Source of the DNA: Candidatus Poribacteria bacterium | GTDB lineage: Bacteria; Poribacteria; WGA-4E; UBA9662 | Length of the DNA stretch: 17,930 bases | Assembly: GCA_046582655.1 (NCBI GenBank) | Contig: JAYGDX010000398.1 | Span: 1-17,930, forward strand | Direction: 5' to 3' | Shown: positions 9,016 to 17,220 of the stretch, in pieces | Layout of the letters: every line of letters starts with the position of its first letter | Position numbering within the stretch: the first letter of the stretch is position 1 | Position numbers and translations under genes: made by a program | The notes under the pieces: generated by a model | What the model was told of the DNA's origin: nothing | Seen by the model: the letters and a program-made list of their open reading frames with translations, nothing else | Databases searched by the model: none

Positions 9016-9945
9016 ATGACATACTCAGATCATCTCATAACCCCTAAGCTTGCTAATGTGCCTGATGGCACTGAAGTAGCGATGGCGCGTAAGAAGCTGG
9101 TTTTTGGGCAAACCATCTGTCAGCTGGAAGACAGCAACCATCTGATAGGAGACATTTCTGCCCTGCGGCAACAGATTGACTCAGTTGGTTATTTGCTACT
9201 GCGAGGGTTTTTTGATCCTGCTCTAGTTAGCAAAGCTAGAACGGAAATCTTAAATTACATGTCATCACAAGGCGTTCTCCAAGGAGGTGCCACCATTGAT
9301 CAGACAACTGCATCATCTAAGCACCATGGAGTAAGATTTACACACTCAGTCATTCAACAACTGCCGGGATTTCTAGAAGTGGTTAATTCGAACCGAATCA
9401 TGTCGTTTTTTGACAGTTTTCTGGGTGGACCATCGATGTCGTTAGATCATAAATGGTTACGGGCTACCCCACCAGGTCAAAATACGGGTGCTCATTGCGA
9501 TGTGGTCTATATGGGAGCAGGTAGTAAAGAACTATACACTGTCTGGACAGCTTTAGACGATATTTCGTTGGAGATGGGACCATTGGCCGTTTGTCTTGAC
9601 TCCCACCAACACCAGAGGCTAAAAGAGACCTATGGCGCTAGTGATGCGCATCAAGATCTACTGGAAGGATGGTTCAGCCGTGACCCCTACGAGGTAATGG
9701 AAAAACTCGGTTTCCGTTGGGCATCGACACCTTTTCAGGCAGGTGATGTCATGATTTTCGGCATGTATTTAATGCATGGTTCCCTAGACAATTTGTCGGC
9801 TCGATTTCGGCTGAGTTGCGATACACGCTATCAGTTGGCGGATGCTGAAGTCGATTGGCGACACATGGGAGAAACCCCCGATCAAATTCCAAAAGCAAAA
9901 GAACGCATAAGTATCCAAGATGCCAGAGCAAACTGGGGGATATAG
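9016..9945 (+). CDS. Phytanoyl-CoA dioxygenase (PhyH) family Fe(II)/2OG oxygenase
   Basis: GYLLLRGFF; HCD (HxD); TVWTALDDISLEMGPL; AGDVMIFGMYLMHGS..N..R.S.DTRYQ. Confidence 0.92.
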   Translation: MTYSDHLITPKLANVPDGTEVAMARKKLVFGQTICQLEDSNHLIGDISALRQQIDSVGYLLLRGFFDPALVSKARTEILNYMSSQGVLQGGATIDQTTASSKHHGVRFTHSVIQQLPGFLEVVNSNRIMSFFDSFLGGPSMSLDHKWLRATPPGQNTGAHCDVVYMGAGSKELYTVWTALDDISLEMGPLAVCLDSHQHQRLKETYGASDAHQDLLEGWFSRDPYEVMEKLGFRWASTPFQAGDVMIFGMYLMHGSLDNLSARFRLSCDTRYQLADAEVDWRHMGETPDQIPKAKERISIQDARANWGI

Positions 9946-9982
9946 CCCAGGAAACAAACCTAACTAGTAAAGGCAATTGACC

Positions 9983-11440
9983 ATGCATGAGACAAGCAAC
10001 ACCACCACTGTAACGAATGAACTAGTATTAAACTACCATCTAATGCATCCTGGTAATGAAAGTTCTCCGGGCGATCCCAATGTAGCTTTCTATCTGGACG
10101 GAGTCTATCATCTGCATTATATTTTGCGCCACCCATGGCAGGACAAACACTCGTTTGCATTTATTCATATCACTAGCCCAGACATGCTGCATTGGACTTG
10201 GCAAACGACAAAATTACAGCCTTCCTTCACTGACCATGGCATGTTCAGTGGCACCGGCTTTATTACCAAAGAGGGACGACCTGCCGCTATTTATCATGGC
10301 CAAGCTTCTGGTCGAAACCAAATTGCCATTGCCAAAGACAACCACCTTCTGACTTGGGAAAAACCTTATCCGGTAGAACCAAAAACAACAGAAGGGGAAG
10401 ATGCTGAAATGAATCACTGGGATCCAGACTGCTTTCTCATTGGTGATACCTACTATGCTATCTCCGGCGGCCAAAACCCACCTCTCATCAAGTCGAAGGA
10501 TCTGGTCAACTGGACTTTTGTCGGCAACTTCCTGAAGCGCGAACTACCGGATGTAGCTATTGGCGAAGATATTTCTTGCCCTAACTTTTTTCCGTTGGGC
10601 GACAAGCAGATGCTGCTTTGCATTAGCCATCAATTCGGTTGTCGCTACTACCTTGGTGATTGGGATGCGAAGGCCGAACAGTTTGTACCTGAAACGCATG
10701 GACGCATGAATTGGAAGCGTCCAGGGCAGTCCATCTACAATCCTGTCTACCGCGACTTCTTTGCGCCGGAGAGCCTGTTGACACCAGACGGTCGTCGGGT
10801 GATGTGGGCTTGGCTAGCTACTCTTGATGAAGCAATCAATCAGAGAACAATTCAGTTCCTACCACGTGAATTAAGTCTAAGCGAAAGTGGTGCCCTCCGC
10901 TTTCGACCGTTGCGTGAACTAGAATCTCTACGCTACTCCGCTGTTACCTTGAACGATCTAGAGGTGACACCGCCCAAGTGGCAAAATGGCAAAATGATCA
11001 CTTCAACTCTAACTGAGCTCAACTATGACGCCCTCGAGATACGGATTACCATCGATAGAACGGAAGCTTGGCGAAAACGATTTGGGTTTCAACTTTTTGC
11101 TGACGAGAACCATGTAGGTTTACCCATTATGATCTATCCAGAGACAACGACCCTTCAAGTGGGTGAGACTGAAGCACCATTTGCCGTTGCTGATCTACCA
11201 GAGAAGGAAGACCTAGAGTTGCATATCTTCATCGATAAGTATCTAGTCGAAGTCTTTGCCAATAACCGCCAAGCTGTCGTTGCTGCTCACATGGATTATC
11301 AGTCAGCCAAAGGTCTACATGGCTATACCTTCGGCGGTACCATGGAGATTAAACAAGTCGAAATCTGGCGTCTCAAGTCTACCAACCAAGGATTCTTTGA
11401 AGCAAGACAGAATCGCATTTGGGAGCCTGACGAGCAATAA
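9983..11440 (+). CDS. Glycoside hydrolase family 32-like protein (five-bladed propeller + beta-sandwich) with divergent catalytic motifs
   Basis: GDPN..FYLDGVYHLHY, H.TSPDMLHW, MFSGTG, WDPDC, SCPNFFPLGDK, FFAPES..DGRRVMWAW, LPREL, LHIFIDKYLVEVFAN. ATG 9983 or TTG 9977. Confidence 0.88.
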   Translation: MHETSNTTTVTNELVLNYHLMHPGNESSPGDPNVAFYLDGVYHLHYILRHPWQDKHSFAFIHITSPDMLHWTWQTTKLQPSFTDHGMFSGTGFITKEGRPAAIYHGQASGRNQIAIAKDNHLLTWEKPYPVEPKTTEGEDAEMNHWDPDCFLIGDTYYAISGGQNPPLIKSKDLVNWTFVGNFLKRELPDVAIGEDISCPNFFPLGDKQMLLCISHQFGCRYYLGDWDAKAEQFVPETHGRMNWKRPGQSIYNPVYRDFFAPESLLTPDGRRVMWAWLATLDEAINQRTIQFLPRELSLSESGALRFRPLRELESLRYSAVTLNDLEVTPPKWQNGKMITSTLTELNYDALEIRITIDRTEAWRKRFGFQLFADENHVGLPIMIYPETTTLQVGETEAPFAVADLPEKEDLELHIFIDKYLVEVFANNRQAVVAAHMDYQSAKGLHGYTFGGTMEIKQVEIWRLKSTNQGFFEARQNRIWEPDEQ

Positions 11441-11529
11441 TTTGAGAGAAGAACCAAAATATCTAATCAGCTATATTACAATGGAATATCTTACCATTCT
11501 CGAGATTCCCCTTTTATTAAGAATATGAT

Positions 11530-11836
11530 CTACACGGGAGACTGTTCAAGACCATCCTTCGCCGGATTTCACTACTCGGGCCATGGGCGCCAGTGCCAAC
11601 ATGATGAAGACGGTATTCGCAGGAATCGAAACGATTCGAAACTCGAGAGGGAGGTCTGCCCAAATTCGCGCGAGCAGGACTAACGGTCGCCTCCGATGGC
11701 TACCATTGGGACGCAAACACCCTAAAAGAGCGTCCATGATAGTAAAATCCGTCTTGAGCTCGTCAGCGTGTATCTTCTACAATGGTTGAAAACCTGCCCG
11801 TGGTAGTCGCGGGCAGGTCCATATGGGAAATGTCGG
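11530..11836 (+). mobile_element. Right-end remnant of an IS1380-like element
   Basis: The frame RLFKTILRRISLLGPWAPVPT* resembles IS1380 transposase C-termini. The segment ends in CATATGGGAAATGTCGG (11820-11836), which resembles from recall the terminal IRs of this family. Higher GC than flanks. Confidence 0.5.
11792..11818. repeat. 12-bp GC-rich hairpin inside the IS end
   Basis: ACCTGCCCGTGG-TAG-TCGCGGGCAGGT (two G-T pairs); no U tract. Confidence 0.6.
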
Positions 11837-11883
11837 CTTAATTGAACTAGTTCCAATTATCAGTGCTAAGGAATTATAGAATT

Positions 11884-13686
11884 ATGATGTTTGTAAAAAG
11901 GTCTAATCAGTGTCTGTGCACAGTATTATCTATCATAATAACCATGGCATCTATTGTAAATCCCATAAAGTCCTATAGCCAAACAAACTACAGTGTCAAG
12001 ATGCCAGAAGAGGCAAGCACTATACTTCAAACACCTGTTCTTGAACATAGGATTGCTATTGAGCAAGTCAAAAACCCCTATTGGCATGAAAAGCACGGCC
12101 AAAATAACGAGGTCAGGATATTCTGGGATAGGGATATTTGGGATAGAAACCTAAGAGAATGGGCATCGTATGGATATAACGGTATATTCTACTATGTTGA
12201 ACCTTGGCAGGAGACTCAATGGCCAGACCTACTTATCAGAAGCGAAGAGTTTCCTGAGGCAAAATGCCTCACTCAAGCACAGTCTGAACAAATGATTGAA
12301 CACATGAAATGGATCTTCAAAAGGTCTCATGAACTTGGTATGAAGAACTACCTTTTTACTTACCAGATCGTTACAACCCCAGCCTTTGCCAGGGCACATG
12401 GTATGAATAAAGATATGCCCGAATCAGACACTGTGGACTGGCGTCATAATATGAAGAATGCTATGGGAGCGCAATACGGTGTCCGAAATGAGTTGACACG
12501 GGCATACACCGAAGCGGCAATTGCGGAGCTTTTCCAAATCTATGATGAATTGGATGTTGCCATTAGGCGATTTTATAGAGGATATCGTGTCCAAGAATGT
12601 TTACAATAACCTGTGGGTCTCGGTCATGCATAATGGGGGAAAGATAACCGACGCGAAACCTTATCCAATGGTATTCAACTGGGCAGAGGAGTCGGGGTTA
12701 CCAATGATAATCGAGATCGTTCACCACAACTTTGAAGGAAGATTCCCACATAACTCACCAAAGCTTACATATGAAATGGTGCGGGAATATAAGAAAGTGC
12801 CGAATTGTGTCGGGTTCTTATCTTGGTGTCTGAGATATGATTCCAATCCACTTTTCAGAGCTGCTTTGGGATATTACGCAAGCAACAATGTAACATATTC
12901 AGACACTCCTTGGGTGAAAGCACTGGAAGGGCGTTATGGTAACAAGGAAGCGGCTCAACATTTTCTGAATGCTTACAATGCTTCGGCATATATAACACCT
13001 GAGCTAAGTGCGATAGCATGGTGTTCGATGGACCGAGGCATTTCCCATCAGCTTATACTCCCCTACTGGTGGTGGTCAGAGCAAGATGCACGATGGAGCT
13101 ATCTAGTCTCACCTGTATGGGTGCCATGCTTCTTCCAATAAGACACTATGCAAAGGTCGTAGCTCAATTTGGCAATATGTATAGAAACAATAATGGATCA
13201 GACTACTCCAAGAATTACGATCATCCTAGGGCACAAGAAATGATTTGGGGGTTTGGGAGTTATCCAACAACACCAGAAGCCCACATGAGGAACATCAGAA
13301 AACTTGGTGAAGAGAGCTTGAGAGAAGCAGAAACCGCTATGAAAGTTGTGGTAAAGAACAAGGAAGAGGCTATTACCGTCTACAATTATATGAAATCGTA
13401 CAAACTCCTATCTGATTACTATGAACGCAAGGTTTTGGCCGCAATATCTGCTTTGATATATGGCTTTAACGGGAATCAGTCTGATTGGGAGGATGCGCTA
13501 AGACTATCTACTGAGGCAATCAATCTCTATGAGATAGCTATCAATTTTATTTGGGAGAATATTGATGTGAAGGAAGGTCGCTTGAAAGGTAAGTGGGGAA
13601 GTGAATTTACAATGCCAGAGCTAATTGAGCAGGAAAAGAAGGAAAGAATTGAGATGCCAAAAATATTCAAGTGGACTCAAAAGTAA
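11884..13686 (+). pseudogene. Large secreted protein (possibly a TIM-barrel glycoside hydrolase), split over three frames
   Basis: Signal-peptide-like N-terminus. Overlapping ORFs 11863-12609, 12521-13141 and 13018-13686 read as one protein, with shifts at ~12555 (after ELFQIYDELD) and ~13115 (WSYLVSP / GAMLLPIRHYA). Confidence 0.7.
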
Positions 13687-13762
13687 TTTGACAGGCACCA
13701 TTTCAAAGACAATGTCACACAAGTTGCAAATAGGCATTCAGATAAGTTTCAAGATGGAAAGA

Positions 13763-13960
13763 TCATCTTACACATAACATAGTACTTTTAAGCCGTATGA
13801 GAATCTTGATTTTGATTTCCGTGTTCTGGCCTATGCCCAAAAGACGCATTGCCAGCACCTCCTCATCGTCGAAGAGCACGGGGCTGATCCAATAACCCTT
13901 CTTGCGATAGATAGCAAAATCCTCCGAGGTTAACATGATATCTGTGTGGTTGAGTGACAT
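13763..13960 (-). pseudogene. N-terminal stub of a PhyH-family dioxygenase
   Basis: GAGG RBS. MLTSEDFAIYRKKGYWISPVLFDDEEVLAMR is the typical PhyH start (LT..Q...Y.E.GY.....LF..EEV...R), then similarity is lost. Confidence 0.65.
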
Positions 13961-14069
13961 GCTGAATTTCCTCTGTCTCGTGGTGAATAATTCGTGTCTT
14001 ACCTTATATGAAAATTCCAGTCAGTACGATCGGCAGTTGAATCTCATAAAGCGTGAATTCAACTTGTAA

Positions 14070-14222
14070 GTGCAACTACTCACTTGGGAGCAAAGGTACG
14101 GAATATATTCGTTGCTGAAAACAGGATATAATCAGTCAATGATTGCTAACGTTATCGGCGTGCATAAATCGACTATCAGCCGAGAGCTAAGACGTAATCG
14201 TGGTTATCAGTACAAACAAGCC
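14070..14222 (+). mobile_element. IS30-family transposase N-terminal HTH remnant
   Basis: LTWEQRYGIYSLLKTGYNQSMIANVIGVHKSTISRELRRNRGYQYKQA is the IS30 HTH_38 pattern; the DDE domain is absent. Confidence 0.85.
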
Positions 14223-14349
14223 CTTAGCTCCGTCCCACCACCTGGCTGCCGAATGCGGCGATGCTTTTGACTCTGAATTATTGCTGGACGGACCGGCGTC
14301 ATATCCTGTGAAGCCCAACCTACTTCTCACATCCTGGTTCTTTCCTCTC

Positions 14350-14371
14350 TTGACAATGTTCCTGCTATAAT
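14350..14371 (+). promoter_or_regulatory. Extended -10 TGCTATAAT with TTGACA only 10 nt upstream
   Basis: TTGACA(14350-14355)-ATGTTCCTGC-TATAAT(14366-14371). Confidence 0.4.
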
Positions 14372-14575
14372 TGTCGGGTGATGGAAGTTGGCAATACGTC
14401 CTATTAGTCAGATCATCCATAGCCTGACATCTTTACCCATCCATAACTGAACTGGGTTATAAAGGGATAGGAAGATTGTAGCAAAAAAGTTGCTCCAGCA
14501 CAACAGACTTAACACTGTTTTTAGTACCAGTGCTAAGATCTAGACATAGTGGCAAGTAAGGACGGAGAATTTATC

Positions 14576-14780
14576 CCCACGGCAGTCCAAACTTCGGTAA
14601 CTGCAGTTTACACCTATACTTCAATGTGGCAATACCTTTCAGCTAGAGGCTAAAACCACATAACCCATCCGTGCTGGTTTGAACTAGACTTCAGGCCGGT
14701 GTGGGTGGGTTCATTTTCTGCATTGCAGGCTCAGACTGACTCCCCCGCTTTACCCCGATACGGAAATCGTGATAGAATGC
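14576..14780 (+). repeat. Modular intergenic repeat copy R4 (apex A + B2 + 22-bp hairpin + promoter module)
   Basis: Aligns with 16587-16756 (CTGCAGTTTACACCTA, TGGCAATAC, CAGCTAGA, AACCCATCC..GAACTAG). Hairpin 14662-14711; TTTACC(14749)-18-TAGAAT(14773). Confidence 0.92.
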
Positions 14781-14817
14781 TTCATCTGAATTCTCAGTAT
14801 AACTGAAGAGCAATGCG

Positions 14818-15173
14818 ATGAGACGATATCTGATCCTGATTTTGGCCTTATGTCTGCTCGCAATTTGTGGCGGACTGGCACTAATGAGAGTGTGTACAAG
14901 CCTTCAGCTTATCCTCCTTTTGCCACTGTTTTTCACATTGCTGGCGAAAATAATGCTATCATTTTTTAGTCTTAATACATTTGTACCAATAAAGTGGGCT
15001 TAAACAGATGAGGTTTGTTGGTGTTGATAGATAAAGAAAAAATCATAGCATTTCATAGATGTATCAAAAGAAACAATTATCATTCTTACAGGAGGATTAA
15101 TAATGGTGATTGGAATCTTGCTTTTGCTTCCGTCTCCTTTGAAGATCCTAAAGGGCGCAGGCGAGTTCACCTA
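14818..15173 (+). pseudogene. Signal-peptide stub joined to eroded membrane-protein fragments
   Basis: MRRYLILILALCLLAICGG directly follows the repeat promoter. The hydrophobic pieces LILLLPLFFTLLAKIMLSFF and ETIIILTGGLIMVIGILLLLPSP are separated by stops. Confidence 0.3.
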
Positions 15174-15204
15174 AACATCTGTCAGTTTGATATAAGCTCT
15201 TAAT

Positions 15205-16383
15205 TTGATCTCACCCCAGAACAACCACCGAGGAGCTTGGCACTTCGCTACCCTCCAGTTTCTTTCTTTTGCTTCTTTATCTCTACTCGGCACTTATGGT
15301 AACGTCTACTTTAAGCGGCGCGGCCTGTCTGATATTCAGCTTGGCATTCTGTTCGCAGTACCATCAGCAGTATCGATTTTCAGTCCTATGATTTGGGGTC
15401 TTACTAGTGATCTGCTGCAAAGACGTAAACCGATAGTGATAACCATGCATTTAGTCTCAGCTGTTTTGTTTCCTTTATTCTGGTTTCTGAGCAGTCAAAC
15501 CTTTGTGCTGATATGTATTATTATGGGACTGTTTTCCTTTTTCTTTCGGCCCAGTATCCCATTGATCGATACTTGGACGCTTGATTACCTGTCGAATAAA
15601 GGTGGTGACTATGGGAGGATTCGGAGTTGGGGCTCGGTTGGCTATATGGTGCCGCTTCTTCTGTCCATACTGATCTTTTCTTCGTCCTCTGGTGGAACAG
15701 CTGAGGTGTTGTTGCCGATGTTCTTTGGAGTATCTGGTTTTCGCCTGCTAGCTGCTATTCAAGCCAGCTATATGCCTGATATGTCCCCATCAGGACGAGA
15801 AAAAATGGATTGGAAAGCACTGAAAATTTATCTGCATCCTTTTGCCATCGTCTTCTTTTTCTGTGTCTTCGTCCGTAGTTTCGTTTTCAGTCCTTTCTTT
15901 GCTTTTTTTAACGTTTATTTGGATACGCTGGGGGTTACAGATAATATGAAAGGCCTTCCGTGGATCGTAGCCGTTGGAGCAGAAGTAATTATGCTTGCTT
16001 TCTCTAACAAACTGATTCAGCGATTTGGGGCGGTGACAGCTATTATTTGTGCTTATGTGGCAATGGCAATCCGTTTTTTTGTTTTAGCTGCTGCCCCAAG
16101 TTGGGAAATCATTCTGGTTGTTCAGTTACTCCATGCATTCACCTTTGGTGCTTATCATCTAGCTGCGATTCAGATTATCAACCGAATCACACCTGAAGCC
16201 TTTCGCGCTACGGGGCAAACACTAGTTTCTATTATAGGAGGCATTGGGGGGATTCTAGGCAATCTGATAGGTGGTGTTTGGGCCTCGTCCTATGGTTATG
16301 TAGTACTTTACAGATATCTGGGATTAAGCGTGAGTGTCGCAACCATAATTCTGGTGATTGCTTTTTCCAACTGTAAAGAATAA
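15205..16383 (+). CDS. MFS transporter (MFS_1-like, HcaT/nucleoside-symporter-related)
   Basis: About 12 TM segments; GLSDIQLGIL, WGLTSD...RRK, DYGRIRSWGSVG, AEVIML, QLLHAFTFG, PEAFRATGQTL. Confidence 0.9.
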   Translation: MISPQNNHRGAWHFATLQFLSFASLSLLGTYGNVYFKRRGLSDIQLGILFAVPSAVSIFSPMIWGLTSDLLQRRKPIVITMHLVSAVLFPLFWFLSSQTFVLICIIMGLFSFFFRPSIPLIDTWTLDYLSNKGGDYGRIRSWGSVGYMVPLLLSILIFSSSSGGTAEVLLPMFFGVSGFRLLAAIQASYMPDMSPSGREKMDWKALKIYLHPFAIVFFFCVFVRSFVFSPFFAFFNVYLDTLGVTDNMKGLPWIVAVGAEVIMLAFSNKLIQRFGAVTAIICAYVAMAIRFFVLAAAPSWEIILVVQLLHAFTFGAYHLAAIQIINRITPEAFRATGQTLVSIIGGIGGILGNLIGGVWASSYGYVVLYRYLGLSVSVATIILVIAFSNCKE

Positions 16384-16477
16384 AGAGGATGCCGCACTTG
16401 CTCTGTTAGTAGCATTGAAAGATCAGAACAAGTTTGTTAGTGAGAATGCGGTAATGGTATTAAAAAGCATAGGTACG
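16379..16477 (+). pseudogene. Single HEAT/PBS-lyase repeat remnant
   Basis: EDAALALLVALKDQNKFVSENAVMVLKSIGT fits the 'DAVPAL..ALKD.D..VR..AA.ALG.IG' consensus. No start or continuation. Confidence 0.55.
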
Positions 16478-16586
16478 CAACTGAGAGGTTTTAGTTGTTG
16501 TCGAACAAGAAAGCCGTTCCATCACATTTCGGTTTGGTGATGATGTGGCCTAGAAGCTGGAGGCCTACTCAAAGAAAAATGCATCA

Positions 16587-16756
16587 GCCACGGCGGTCCA
16601 AACCCCGGCAGCTGCAGTTTACACCTACACTCCAACTTGGCAATACTCTCCAGCTAGAAGCTAAGAACCAAAGCCACACAACCCATCCACGCTGGTCTGA
16701 ACTAGGTTTCAGACCAGCGTGGATGGGTTTGTTTTGACCTGCGTTACAGGCTCAGG
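16587..16756 (+). repeat. Modular intergenic repeat copy R5 (apex A + B2 + perfect 22-bp hairpin)
   Basis: GCCACGGCGGTCCAAAC...; aligns with R4 along its length. Confidence 0.92.
16680..16736 (+). terminator. Perfect 22-bp stem-loop followed by TGTTTTG (terminator-like)
   Basis: AACCCATCCACGCTGGTCTGAA-CTAGGT-TTCAGACCAGCGTGGATGGGTT (16680-16729); homologs at 14662 and 17343. Confidence 0.55.
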
Positions 16757-16779
16757 ATATTCCTCCAGTAGAACAACCG

Positions 16780-17186
16780 AGATATTGAAACACTGCATCA
16801 GCCATAGACCGACTGGCAGCTCAGCCTCAACACTCACCAGCAGAAGAAATGCCTCTCAACGTACTTAAAGCTATCTTACCTGGGAGACTACCCAGTCAAA
16901 CCAAACTGTTAGCCAACTATTCCAAACCCCTCAATCCAGAAATGTGGATACCCTACCATTTAAGTTAAGCTGCGGAGGTTGTGGTACGTATCTATGATAC
17001 CAGAGGAAGAATAGTTCGGACATTGGATATGGGATTCCAGTTATTGGGGTATTATGTCAGTCGTGATAAAGCAGCCTGTTGGAATGGCAAGACGGATATT
17101 GGTGAGATGTATCATCAGGCACTTACTTCTACCAAATACAGGCTGGAGATTACACAGACACCCGCAAGATGATGATCCTAAAGTAA
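16780..17186 (+). pseudogene. Orphan C-terminal FlgD-Ig/T9SS-like domain of a secreted protein, disrupted
   Basis: LPSQTKLLANYSKPLNPEMWIPYHLS*AAEVVVRIYDTRGRIVRTLDMG...KAACWNGKTDIGE / VSSGTYFYQIQAGDYTDTRKMMILK*. In-frame TAA at ~16966 and a frameshift at ~17108. Confidence 0.85.
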
Positions 17187-17220
17187 AGTACTATTAATTG
17201 AAATGTATCACAATACCCCC

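Noticed and set aside
25..11528. Short overlapping or antisense ORFs in the track (e.g. 25..216, 687..1067, 3346..3564, 3707..4060, 4541..4987, 6914..7213, 8472..8891, 10214..10474)
   Set aside because: Shadow frames of well-supported genes or of the structured RNA; no motifs or convincing RBS.
14376..14420. Fluoride (crcB) riboswitch because of GGTGATGGA
   Set aside because: The complementary P1 strand and the downstream GCUGAUGAC-like segment are missing, and there is no fluoride-related gene downstream.
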